Origin: an uncultured Myxococcales bacterium
GTDB lineage: Bacteria > Myxococcota_A > UBA9042
Length of the DNA stretch: 64,000 nt
Assembly (NCBI GenBank): GCA_903919145.1
Contig: CAIXGW010000214.1
Coordinates: forward strand, 4,534-68,533
Direction of reading: 5' to 3'
Shown here in pieces: positions 53,961 through 62,634 of the stretch. Under the pieces are notes generated by a model. That model was not told the DNA's origin and ran no database searches. It worked only from the letters and a program-made list of their open reading frames with translations. Both the position numbers and the translations under genes were made by a program. How positions within the stretch are numbered: the first letter of the stretch is position 1; the number at the start of each line of letters is the position of its first letter.

Positions 53961-54730
53961 ATCCGCTGCGCACCATTGGCCGCACGTTCTTGGAGACCTC
54001 TGACACCGTCGGCGGCATCACTTTGGTGGTGTGGCAGATTTTGAAGGCGCTGCTGCCGCCCAAGTTTGACCGCGAGCAGACCTGGCTCAACCTCTACAAG
54101 GTGGGCGTCAAGTCCTATCCGATTGTGATCATGACGTCGCTGTTTACTGGGGCCATCATGGTGATCCAGTCGGGCCAGTACGTCAAAGCCACTGGCGCTA
54201 CAGGTCTTTTGGGCTGGGGTGCTGGCTACGCGGTGCTGGCCGAGATCGGCCCGGTGCTGATTGGGCTGATGTTCTCTGGCCGGGTGGGCGCCAACAACAC
54301 CGCCGAGCTGGGGACGATGCGGGTGACCGAGCAGATCGACGCGCTGCGCACCTTGGCCATTGACCCGATGCACTACCTGGTGGTGCCGCGATTTTTGTCG
54401 ATGGTGTCGATGCTGCTGCTGCTGACGGCGCTGGGCGACCTGTTTGCCCTCATTGGCGGCGCGCTGACCAGCCAGTTTGTCCTGGATGTGAATTGGCGGG
54501 TGTTCTTTCAGGGCGTGGTCAATTCCAGCCTGCTGGACGAGTACTTGACCGGTCTGACCAAGGGCGTAGTGTTCGGCGCGTCGATCAGCGTGGTGTCCTG
54601 CTACTACGGCTTGGGCGTCACCGGCGGCGCGGCGGGGGTCGGGCGGGCAGTCAACAGCTGCGTGGTCACCAGCGCCATTGGCATCTTTGTGTGGGACTAT
54701 CTGATCACTTATATTGTCAACGGTTTGTAG
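53957..54730 (+). CDS. mlaE: MlaE/YrbE-family ABC permease
   Basis: EIGPVL, GRVGA..TAELGTMRVTEQIDAL..LAIDP..YLVVPR and GA.GVGRA...VV motifs. Confidence 0.92.
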   Translation: MNPLRTIGRTFLETSDTVGGITLVVWQILKALLPPKFDREQTWLNLYKVGVKSYPIVIMTSLFTGAIMVIQSGQYVKATGATGLLGWGAGYAVLAEIGPVLIGLMFSGRVGANNTAELGTMRVTEQIDALRTLAIDPMHYLVVPRFLSMVSMLLLLTALGDLFALIGGALTSQFVLDVNWRVFFQGVVNSSLLDEYLTGLTKGVVFGASISVVSCYYGLGVTGGAAGVGRAVNSCVVTSAIGIFVWDYLITYIVNGL

Positions 54731-54751
54731 CACATAAGGCAGGGGGCATCG

Positions 54752-55858
54752 ATGCACAGGGACCACGGACTCTTGGATGGCGCGCAGGGTCGCCGGGCCA
54801 CAGCCCTTGTCATCGCACTGGCGTGCCTGCTGCTTGGCGGTGCAGCGGCGCCGGGCTGCGGCAAGTCCGACGGCGAAAAGAAGCCCGCGCCCAACTTCTT
54901 TCCGCCCGAGCCGCAGGTGCCCAAGCTCGACCTGAGCGACATCCTGCAGCCCGAGCCAGAAGCCGCGGCGGCCAAGACCGCTGATACCTGGGCCGGCAAG
55001 GTCAAGGAGTTGGTGGCCCAGGCCGAGGCCGACCTGCAGCGCTGCCGCAATGAGTACCTGATTCCGTTTCAGTTCAACTCGATGAAGCGCCGCGACGTGA
55101 TGTTTGTCAACATCGCCGACATGGACGAAGTGTGCGAGCTGGGCAGCAAGGAAAAGAAGGCCCGCGGCCCGCGCAAGATCCTGGACCAGCTGGCCAAGGA
55201 GCACAGCGGCAAGCACCCACAGCTGGACCGCTTTATTGTGCTGGGGCTAGAGCAGGTTGAGACCTATCACGTGATCTCTTGGATGACCAAAAAGATCGGC
55301 GCGCCCGACATCGAGGTCGTGGTCGACATTGCGCAAAAGGCCCAGCAGCGGGTGCTGGAGGCGGGAGGCCAGCTCGACCGCGCCGCCGCCGACGTCGCCA
55401 AGTGGAGCGATGACCAGGTGGCCGATGACGATGCCGCCGCCGCTGGAGCCACCCTGGACGTGGCCGCGTTCAAGAAAGCACTGGTCGATGCCTACGGGCC
55501 GCTGGTGGGCGACCTGGCCAGCGGCTATGAGCGCATGGCTGACAAGTCCTGGCAGAGCTACAACATGCCCAAGCTGGACACACTGCGGGCGATGATGGCG
55601 ATCCTGGAGAAGCGCGTCCAGCAGGACCGGCCCAAGCTGGCCAAGCTGGGCGAAGACAAAGTCCAGGCGGAATTCAAGGTGTTTCTGGATGGCGTCGACG
55701 CGGCCACCAAGCAGGTCGCGGCCGGCTACGATTTCTATGAGAAGAAGCCCAAAGACGAGCGCCCAGAGCGCGACCCCAACCTCAAGAAGGTGCAGGCGGC
55801 CCAAAAGGCGCTGGCCAAGCAGCTGACGGCCTGGGGCTGGACCGCGGCGCCCAAGTAG
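54752..55858 (+). CDS. hypothetical alpha-helical lipoprotein
   Basis: Lipobox-like APGC; Lys/Asp/Glu-rich helical sequence; no MCE motif recognised. Confidence 0.7.
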   Translation: MHRDHGLLDGAQGRRATALVIALACLLLGGAAAPGCGKSDGEKKPAPNFFPPEPQVPKLDLSDILQPEPEAAAAKTADTWAGKVKELVAQAEADLQRCRNEYLIPFQFNSMKRRDVMFVNIADMDEVCELGSKEKKARGPRKILDQLAKEHSGKHPQLDRFIVLGLEQVETYHVISWMTKKIGAPDIEVVVDIAQKAQQRVLEAGGQLDRAAADVAKWSDDQVADDDAAAAGATLDVAAFKKALVDAYGPLVGDLASGYERMADKSWQSYNMPKLDTLRAMMAILEKRVQQDRPKLAKLGEDKVQAEFKVFLDGVDAATKQVAAGYDFYEKKPKDERPERDPNLKKVQAAQKALAKQLTAWGWTAAPK

Positions 55859-55870
55859 CCCGCCACTGCC

Positions 55871-56605
55871 ATGCCGATCTACTCCCTGGGCCAGAAGCCG
55901 GAATTTCCCGAGCCAGAGCGCGCCGATCCCTCGGGTGTGCTGGCGGTGGGCGGCGATCTGAGCGTAGAGCGGCTGTTGACAGCCTACAGCCTGGGGATCT
56001 TTCCGTGGCCGGTAGAAGGCTATCCCCTGCTGTGGCACGCGCCGCCGCAGCGGTTTGTCTTAAAGCTGGACGAGCTGGTGGTCAACCGCAGCCTGGCCAA
56101 GGCCATGCGCAAGCACCCGTACCGGGTGACGCTGGACCGCGACTTTCTGGGGGTCATTCGCAGCTGTGCGGCAGCGCAGCGGCCCGGTCAGGACGGCACC
56201 TGGATCACTGACGAGGTGCAGGAGGCCTACCACCGCCTGCACCAGCTGGGCTTTGCCCACTGCGTAGAGGCATGGCGCGGCGACGAGCTGGTGGGCGGGC
56301 TGTACGGCGTGGTGCTGGGCCGGGCCTTTTTTGGCGAGTCGATGTTTGCCAAGGCCGACAACGCCTCCAAAATTGCGCTGGCGACGCTGGTGCAGCAGCT
56401 CAAGCGCTGGCAGTTCCACTTCATCGACGCCCAGGTGCACACCGATCTTTTTGAGTCGCTGGGCTGCAAGTTTGTCAAACGCAAGCGCTTCTCTCAGATG
56501 GTCGCCGCGGCGATTGTGCAAGCCGGGCCGCCGCTGCCGTGGACCCTAGACGCCGATCTGGCCGCGGGCTGGGCGCCGCCGGCTGGGGCCTCCGTGCCGA
56601 AGTAG
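55871..56605 (+). CDS. aat: leucyl/phenylalanyl-tRNA-protein transferase
   Basis: LAVGGDL, AYSLGIFPW, GTWIT, LVGGLYGV, FFGESMF and ASKIAL motifs. Confidence 0.95.
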   Translation: MPIYSLGQKPEFPEPERADPSGVLAVGGDLSVERLLTAYSLGIFPWPVEGYPLLWHAPPQRFVLKLDELVVNRSLAKAMRKHPYRVTLDRDFLGVIRSCAAAQRPGQDGTWITDEVQEAYHRLHQLGFAHCVEAWRGDELVGGLYGVVLGRAFFGESMFAKADNASKIALATLVQQLKRWQFHFIDAQVHTDLFESLGCKFVKRKRFSQMVAAAIVQAGPPLPWTLDADLAAGWAPPAGASVPK

Positions 56606-56704
56606 TTCAGCTCCGCACAACTGCTCAAAATTCCCCAGCTTTGCGCAAGGGGCGGGCAGCGTGTAGGCTTACGCAACGCAAGCCCCCGCTTGCCCAGGAC
56701 TCCG

Positions 56705-57586
56705 ATGACCAGCGCGACCCAGGACCCGCAGAAACCCGCTCCGCCGCTGCCGCGCTGGCAAGGCACGCCGCGCTACATCGCCGACGAAGGGCTGCAAGCG
56801 ACCGTCAACGTGGCGGTGGCGCTGGGCCGGCCGCTGCTGGTCAAGGGCGAGCCGGGCACCGGAAAAACCCTGCTGGCCCAGGCGATTGCCGAAGGGCTGG
56901 GCCTGAATCTGCTGACCTGGCACGTCAAGTCTACCACCCGCGCCCAAGACGGGCTGTACCTCTATGACACCGTGGCCCGGCTGAATGACTCGCGCTTTGG
57001 CGACCGCGATGTGCGCGACGTCGCCCAGTACATCAAGATGGGGCCGCTGGGCGAAGCCTTTGAGCGCGCCGCTACCGGCGAGCGGGTGGTGCTGCTGATA
57101 GACGAGGTCGACAAGGCCGACCTGGAATTCCCCAACGATTTGCTGCATGAGCTGGATGCCATGCGCTTTCGCGTGGCCGAGACCGGCCGCGAGGTGGTGG
57201 CAGGGCTGCGGCCGATTGTGGTCATCACCTCCAACGCCGAGAAGGAGCTGCCCGACGCGTTTCTGCGGCGCTGCGTGTTTCACTATATCGAATTTCCTGA
57301 AGAAGCCCTGCTGACCCAGATCTGCCGTGTCCACCACCCCGATGTGGACGAGCGGTTGCTGGCGGCGGCGCTGCGGCAGTTCATGAGGCTGCGCAGCATC
57401 CCAGAGCTGCGCAAGAAGCCCTCGACTTCAGAGCTGATTGACTGGGTGGCGGGCTTGCGGCTGGCCGGTATCGACCCAGCCAAGCTGGACCACGCCCTGC
57501 CGTTTGTCGGCGTGCTGCTCAAGCAAGAGAAAGACACCCAGCGTCTTGGCCGCGGTGACTGGTCACGCCAAGCGGCGCGGCGCTAG
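56705..57586 (+). CDS. MoxR-family AAA+ ATPase (CoxD-like)
   Basis: PLLVKGEPGTGKT, LIDEVDKADLEFPNDLL, ITSNAEKELPDAFLRRC and KKPSTSELIDW motifs. Confidence 0.92.
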   Translation: MTSATQDPQKPAPPLPRWQGTPRYIADEGLQATVNVAVALGRPLLVKGEPGTGKTLLAQAIAEGLGLNLLTWHVKSTTRAQDGLYLYDTVARLNDSRFGDRDVRDVAQYIKMGPLGEAFERAATGERVVLLIDEVDKADLEFPNDLLHELDAMRFRVAETGREVVAGLRPIVVITSNAEKELPDAFLRRCVFHYIEFPEEALLTQICRVHHPDVDERLLAAALRQFMRLRSIPELRKKPSTSELIDWVAGLRLAGIDPAKLDHALPFVGVLLKQEKDTQRLGRGDWSRQAARR

Positions 57587-57595
57587 GCCCAGGCG

Positions 57596-58837
57596 ATGTT
57601 TACCGGCTTTCACGCGATGTTGCGGGCGGCAGGGCTGCAGGTCGGCGTCGGCGAGTGGCTGACGGTGGTCGACGCGCTGGACCGCGGCGCCGTGGGTCCG
57701 TCGCTGCGCGAGTTCTACGCTGTAGCCCGCGCGCTGGTCTGCCGCGACGAGGGCGACTTTGACCGCTACGACCAGGCGTTTGCCGCGTATTTTCAGGGAG
57801 CTTCTCTGCCCCAGCCGGTGACCGCGGCGGTGCAGGAGTGGCTGGACAACCCGCTGCAGCGACCGTCTCTGACCCCCGAAGAGCTGGCGGCACTGCAGAG
57901 CTATGACCTGGAAGAGCTGCGCAAGCTCTATGAAGAGCGGCTCAAAGAGCAGACCGAGCGCCACGACGGCGGCTCGCACTGGATCGGCAGCGGCGGCACC
58001 AGCCCCTTTGGCCAGGGCGGCAGCCACCCCACCGGCATGCGCGTGGGCGAAGGGGCAGCGGGCCGCGGCCAAGCGATTGCCACCGCCAAGGCGCGGCGCT
58101 TTCGCAACTACCGCAGCGACGTGGTGCTGGATACCCGCCAAATTGCTGTGGCGATTCGCCGGTTGCGGCGGCTCGAGCGCAAGGCCCGGCGCTTTGAGCT
58201 GGACCTGGACCAGACGATTGCAGCCACGGCGCGCAACGGCGGCGACATCGAGATCGTCGAGCGCCCAGAGCGGCGCAACCAGGCGCGGGTAGTGTTGATG
58301 CTGGACTGCGGCGGGTCGATGGATCCCCATGCCCGCACCGTGGAAGCATTTTTCTCTGCCATGAAGCAAGGCGGTGGCCTGCGCGAGGTAGAGGCCTACT
58401 ACTTTCACAACGCCCCGTACGGCGAGTTGTACACCGATCTCGCGATGTTGCAGAAGAAGCCCCTGGCCGACGTGCTGCGCAGCGTGCCTCCCCACACCTA
58501 CCTTGTGATGGTGGGCGACGGCTGGATGGCGCCGCGCGAGCTGTTCTCTCCCTACGGGGCCATTGAGTACGGCATGGCCGACGCGGTGCCGGGCATCGAG
58601 CGGGTAGAGCAGATCGCAGCGGCATTTGAGAAGCGCGTCTGGCTCAACCCCATCCCAGAAAACTACTGGGGCGAAGCCACCATCACGGCCCTGGCCGACA
58701 TTGTGCCGATGTTCCCACTGACGGTGGAGGGAATGGTGCAGGCGGTCGGAGCGTTGATGGGACGTGGGGATCGGCGGCAAAAGATCGAGAAGCGCTCGCC
58801 CTGGCCTTCTGCCCGCGACCTGGATTTCGACTGGTGA
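57596..58837 (+). CDS. vWA domain protein (CoxE-like), MoxR partner
   Basis: ERHDGGSHWIGSGGTSPFG, MLDCGGSMDPH, YYFHN, VGDGWMAP.EL and WLNP motifs. Confidence 0.9.
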   Translation: MFTGFHAMLRAAGLQVGVGEWLTVVDALDRGAVGPSLREFYAVARALVCRDEGDFDRYDQAFAAYFQGASLPQPVTAAVQEWLDNPLQRPSLTPEELAALQSYDLEELRKLYEERLKEQTERHDGGSHWIGSGGTSPFGQGGSHPTGMRVGEGAAGRGQAIATAKARRFRNYRSDVVLDTRQIAVAIRRLRRLERKARRFELDLDQTIAATARNGGDIEIVERPERRNQARVVLMLDCGGSMDPHARTVEAFFSAMKQGGGLREVEAYYFHNAPYGELYTDLAMLQKKPLADVLRSVPPHTYLVMVGDGWMAPRELFSPYGAIEYGMADAVPGIERVEQIAAAFEKRVWLNPIPENYWGEATITALADIVPMFPLTVEGMVQAVGALMGRGDRRQKIEKRSPWPSARDLDFDW

Positions 58838-59952
58838 ACATGAGCACAATGGTACAATTCAAGGGCTTGTTGGCCGCTGCGCGCTGGAGCTTGGCCGTGG
58901 CGGCGGCGTCTGGCGTGGCGGCTCCGGCCGCCCTGGCCCAGACCGCGCCCCTGCCAGCCAAGCCGGCCACCCCGGTGGCGCCGCCGCAGGACATTGGCCT
59001 GGAACCAGGGCAATTTGAGGAAGAGCGCCCAGTGCTGGGGCTCACGTGCAGCGTGCGTGTCCAGCACGAAGACGGGGCCGCGGCCAAGGCGGCCATTGGC
59101 CAGGCGCTGGCGCAGATCAGCCGGCTGCTCAACCAGTTTGGCCACAACGGCCGCACCGCAGAGGTGCACAGCATCAACGTCAACGCCGGCGCCGATGAGG
59201 TCATGGTGGGCCCAGAAGCCCACAGCCTGCTGCAGCGCGCCCTGGACCTGTGCCGGCGCAGCGGCGGTGCCTATGATCCCGCGGTGGGAAGCTACGACTA
59301 CCTTTGGAATTTCAAGCAGAAGCCCTTTGTGCGGCCGCTGGCCCAAGAGCTGCAGGCCAAGCGCAGCGTCGCCACCTGCAAGAACGTGGTGGTCAAGCCA
59401 TCCGGCGCGGTGCGGCTGTTGGAGCCGGGGCTGCGGGTGACGCTGACTGGGGTCGCCACAGGTGCGGCGCTAGAGAAGGCGGCCCAGGGGCTGCGAGAAG
59501 CCGGGATTCGCGACTTTCGCATCCGCATCGGCAACGACATGTACGTGCAAGGGCGTATGGGCACAAGGCATTGGTACGCGCTGGTGCCCAATGCCCGCGA
59601 GCCCGGCGTGGGCCTGGGCCAGCTCTACCTGGGCAGCCACGCCGCCATCACCCGCAGCGACAGCGACAAGTTTGTCTACAAGCACGGCCAGCGCTACCAC
59701 GATGTGCTGGACCCGCGGACCGGTGCTCCGGCGGCGGGCGTAGTGCAGGTCACCGTCATCGCAACGGATTCTGTGCTGGCGGCCGCCTATGCCAACGCCG
59801 TGTTTGCCCTTGGGCCCAAGGCCGGGTTGGCGCTGATGGCCAAAGAAAACGGCGTTGAAGGGCTGATCATAGACAGCGCCGGCCGCATCCACGCCAGCAA
59901 GGGCCTGGCCGATGTGGCGCGGGTGCCCGCCCACGTGACCCTGGGAGAGTGA
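58834..59952 (+). CDS. ApbE-like (FAD:protein FMN transferase family) protein with degenerate active-site motifs
   Basis: EVHSIN..AG, SGGAYDPAVG..LW.F, RYHDVLDPRTG.P and VTVIA motifs; several catalytic positions appear substituted. Confidence 0.82.
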   Translation: MNMSTMVQFKGLLAAARWSLAVAAASGVAAPAALAQTAPLPAKPATPVAPPQDIGLEPGQFEEERPVLGLTCSVRVQHEDGAAAKAAIGQALAQISRLLNQFGHNGRTAEVHSINVNAGADEVMVGPEAHSLLQRALDLCRRSGGAYDPAVGSYDYLWNFKQKPFVRPLAQELQAKRSVATCKNVVVKPSGAVRLLEPGLRVTLTGVATGAALEKAAQGLREAGIRDFRIRIGNDMYVQGRMGTRHWYALVPNAREPGVGLGQLYLGSHAAITRSDSDKFVYKHGQRYHDVLDPRTGAPAAGVVQVTVIATDSVLAAAYANAVFALGPKAGLALMAKENGVEGLIIDSAGRIHASKGLADVARVPAHVTLGE

Positions 59953-60059
59953 GCCGGCGCCGGCCTGCGCTGGCCAGCGGCGACCGCAGTCGTGCTGGGC
60001 CGCGGTGCCACAGCCTGCTCTACGTGAGCATGGGCTCCAAGGGGTCCTGATGTCTCGGC

Positions 60060-61310
60060 TCAGTAGATCGACAGGCCCATCGAGAAGTCCGGCGTCCACT
60101 CCGAGGTTTGGGGGCCGACCAGCGCGCTGGAAAAGCCGTAGCGCAGGTAGAGAGCCAGGCGGGTGGTCCACTCTAGCTCGGCCAGGACGCCGGCCTGCAA
60201 GTAGAGGCGATTCTCGTCCAGCTCTGGCAGGTTGCCCTGGCCCGCCTTGACCCACTCATAGCCAGCGCCGCCGTAGCCGCCCAGGTGAAACCAGCCCAGG
60301 TCAATGGGCAGGGCTTGGGCTTCGCCGCCGGCGCGAATCGTCAGGTAATCGCCGCCTTCGGCAAAGCCGCGGCCAAACTGAAAGCGCCCGGCCAAGCCGG
60401 TCATCGACGATGGAAAGACGCCCAGGCCAATTTCGCCGGTGCCGCCGCTGTGGACTGCCGTGCCGGCCAGCTGGTTGCCGCCCACGCCACCGCCGACGTG
60501 GTAAGAAAAGCCCTGGCGATCCAGGGGGGCACGCCCGCGCAGCCAGGTGCCGGCGCCTTCTGGCCCTACGATCACGGCAGTGTCTTCGGGCCCGACATCG
60601 CCCTCTCTCAGTTCATCCAAGGCGACCAGGCGGTGGCCAGACGGCCCCACGACATGCAGCGGGTGGTGAGGGTGCACCGCCAGCCAGCCGTCATAGCGCG
60701 CCCCTTCTGAGCCGGCCAGGACGGCGCCGATCACCACGCCGGTGATGAGCACCAGCGCCAAGGTGGCGGCCAGACTCTCTCGATCGCTGGCGGCCTTGCC
60801 TGCCCCACTCAGCGCTGCGCCGGCGACCTTGGCACCACCCGAGCGATCGCCGCCGTCCAAGCTGCCAGCCGGGTACAGCCGAGCATCGCCGCCGGACGCC
60901 CACACGCCCATCCGATAGTGCGGCCCGTAGTAGGGGTCGCCATAGCCCTGGTAGTAAGAGGGCACGGTGTAGTACGGCGCGGCATACGGAACGGGCACCA
61001 CCACCGGCGGCCCCCCCTGTGGCGGCATTTGGGTCGGCGGGGCGGCCCACTGTGGAGCCGGCGGCAGGTCGTCCGCCGTGCCAAAGCGCTGTACGGCGCG
61101 AACCCGCTTGCCGCGCTCGTCCGGGGTGATCTTGGCCAGCCGGTCTATCTCGTCGCGCGGAATCTCAAAACTGTTTGAGAGACATGCGCTTTGCAGCACA
61201 GCCACTGCAGTCAGCAGCGCCACGGTAGACAAGCTGCGGCAGCGAGCCAGCGACCAGACCGTGACGCGGGGTGCTGCAGCGGGCGTGGATGAGTTAGGTT
61301 GGCGGTTCAC
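60060..61310 (-). CDS. hypothetical lipoprotein with C-terminal outer-membrane beta-barrel-like region
   Basis: GTG start with GGAGG RBS; lipobox QSAC; Pro/Tyr-rich linker; internal hydrophobic helix; alternating amphipathic strands ending MGLSIY. Confidence 0.7.
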   Translation of the reverse strand: MNRQPNSSTPAAAPRVTVWSLARCRSLSTVALLTAVAVLQSACLSNSFEIPRDEIDRLAKITPDERGKRVRAVQRFGTADDLPPAPQWAAPPTQMPPQGGPPVVVPVPYAAPYYTVPSYYQGYGDPYYGPHYRMGVWASGGDARLYPAGSLDGGDRSGGAKVAGAALSGAGKAASDRESLAATLALVLITGVVIGAVLAGSEGARYDGWLAVHPHHPLHVVGPSGHRLVALDELREGDVGPEDTAVIVGPEGAGTWLRGRAPLDRQGFSYHVGGGVGGNQLAGTAVHSGGTGEIGLGVFPSSMTGLAGRFQFGRGFAEGGDYLTIRAGGEAQALPIDLGWFHLGGYGGAGYEWVKAGQGNLPELDENRLYLQAGVLAELEWTTRLALYLRYGFSSALVGPQTSEWTPDFSMGLSIY

Positions 61311-61419
61311 GTTGTTCCTCCGGGTGGCACCTGCCCGGCGTCAAAACGATCCGGACCGCCCGGCGATTCACGGCAGCTGACACGAATTGCCGGCGAGGCC
61401 GCCCTTGCAGCCGGGCGGG

Positions 61420-61510
61420 TGACGCACTGCGTCAAGGACTGAGACAGCTGTCTCAGGTTGGCACAATGGCGATTCCACCCTCGCAGAGTCGACCCTCTCA
61501 AATTGAGACA
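61420..61510. promoter_or_regulatory. cluster of palindromic sites, probable bacterial enhancer-binding protein UAS
   Basis: TGACGCAcTGCGTCA (61420-61434), CTGAGACAGCTGTCTCAG (61439-61456) and TCTCAaatTGAGA (61496-61508), about 155-245 nt upstream of a sigma-54 start. Confidence 0.65.
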
Positions 61511-61617
61511 CTCGCGACGCAGCTGTGCCACAATTCGGGCCAAACCGGCGGCCATCGCGGGCATGCTGGGTGCCGCCGCGGCGCGCACAACCACACTGCA
61601 GACGCATACTGTTTGAT

Positions 61618-61653
61618 AATCAGCAGGTTGAAGATGTTGGCACGGGGTTTGCA
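61618..61653 (+). promoter_or_regulatory. IHF site plus sigma-54 (-24/-12) promoter
   Basis: AATCAGCAGGTTG matches IHF WATCAR-N4-TTR (61618-61630); TGGCACGGGGTTTGCA matches TGGCACG-N4-TTGC (GG 61639-61640, GC 61651-61652). Confidence 0.85.
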
Positions 61654-61663
61654 ACACTGACGC

Positions 61664-61905
61664 GCGGAGCGAGCGGAATCCCTGTAAATTCCTAAGTCCT
61701 TTCACAATCTCCTTTCACAACGCCGGTCCTCCCGGCATCTTTACGGGGTGTAGGTTTTCAATCGGCAAGGCCAGTCGCTCATTGTCAGGGAGTGAGCCAA
61801 GGTAAGCATCCGCTTCCGATAGAAACGCAACCGCACCCGCCCGTCTAGCTACCCTCGCCTACCACTTCGACGACCGTACGAAAGTCCGGTCGTCGAGTTG
61901 TTTTT
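61664..61905 (+). ncRNA. candidate sigma-54-dependent structured small RNA (~240 nt)
   Basis: Bounded by a sigma-54 promoter and an intrinsic terminator; no ATG-initiated ORF on the + strand; several stems and CU-rich single-stranded repeats. Confidence 0.65.
61866..61905 (+). terminator. intrinsic terminator
   Basis: Stem ttcgacgaccg/cggtcgtcgag capped by ac-GAAA-gt, followed by ttgttttt. Confidence 0.75.
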
Positions 61906-61989
61906 GGGGCAGTTCAACGCAGAATAGGCCTGCCGGCCGGCGCAGAGCGGCAGAAGCGCGCGCCCCTACAGCACTGCCCCCACCACCCA

Positions 61990-62035
61990 GCCCCCACTGC
62001 AGGGCCCCCACTGCAGAGCCCCCACTGCAGAGCCC
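61990..62035 (+). repeat. three 14-bp tandem repeats GCCCCCACTGCAG[G/A]
   Basis: Units at 61990, 62004 and 62018, immediately upstream of the NUDIX RBS (AGGAG). Confidence 0.8.
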
Positions 62036-62052
62036 AGCCCAGGAGCCTCGCC

Positions 62053-62634
62053 ATGCCCGATTCAGCAGCCCAGACTGGCCCAGACCCACGCGCAGCGATG
62101 CTGCTGGCCCAGCTGCAGGCCCATGCACCGGCGGATGAGCTGGAGGCCAGCCACCAGCGGGCCATGCTGGATCTGCTGGAAAAGGGTGGCCGGCCGCTGG
62201 ACCGCAACCACTGGCAGCCGGGGCACTTTACCGCGAGCTCGTTTGTGCTGTCGCCCGATGGCCAGAAGTTGTTGCTGATCTTTCATGGAAAACTGCACCG
62301 CTGGCTCCAGCCGGGCGGCCACGTGGATGCCCAGGACACCGACCTGCAAGCCGCGGCGCGCCGAGAAGTGCAGGAGGAAACCGGCCTTGGCGAGCTTGAG
62401 CTGCTGGCGCCCTGCCCCTTTGACCTGGACGTCCACGTGATTCCGGCGCGCAAGTCCGATCCCGAGCACTGGCACCTGGATGTGCGCTTCCTGTGGCGGG
62501 CCCAGCAGTGGCCGATCCAGGCGGGCGACGATGCACAGGGCTGCCAGTGGGTCGCGCCAGAGGACGTGGATCAGCTGGAATCCGACGAGTCGGTGCGGCG
62601 CGCCGTCAGAAAGCTAGGGCGCTTGCAGCGGTAG
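62053..62634 (+). CDS. NUDIX hydrolase
   Basis: GHFTAS, WLQPGGHVD...AARREVQEETG (Nudix box) and DLDVH.IP...EH.HLD motifs. Confidence 0.92.
   Translation: MPDSAAQTGPDPRAAMLLAQLQAHAPADELEASHQRAMLDLLEKGGRPLDRNHWQPGHFTASSFVLSPDGQKLLLIFHGKLHRWLQPGGHVDAQDTDLQAAARREVQEETGLGELELLAPCPFDLDVHVIPARKSDPEHWHLDVRFLWRAQQWPIQAGDDAQGCQWVAPEDVDQLESDESVRRAVRKLGRLQR

Noticed and set aside
61307-61705. 132-aa minus-strand ORF with AAGGAG upstream
   Set aside because: RBS spacing is only 3 nt, codon use is atypical, and it runs across the sigma-54 promoter, IHF site and palindromes.
61664-61905. Retron msr-msd or group II intron fragment
   Set aside because: No reverse transcriptase nearby, no a1/a2 inverted repeats flanking the element and no recognisable domain V.
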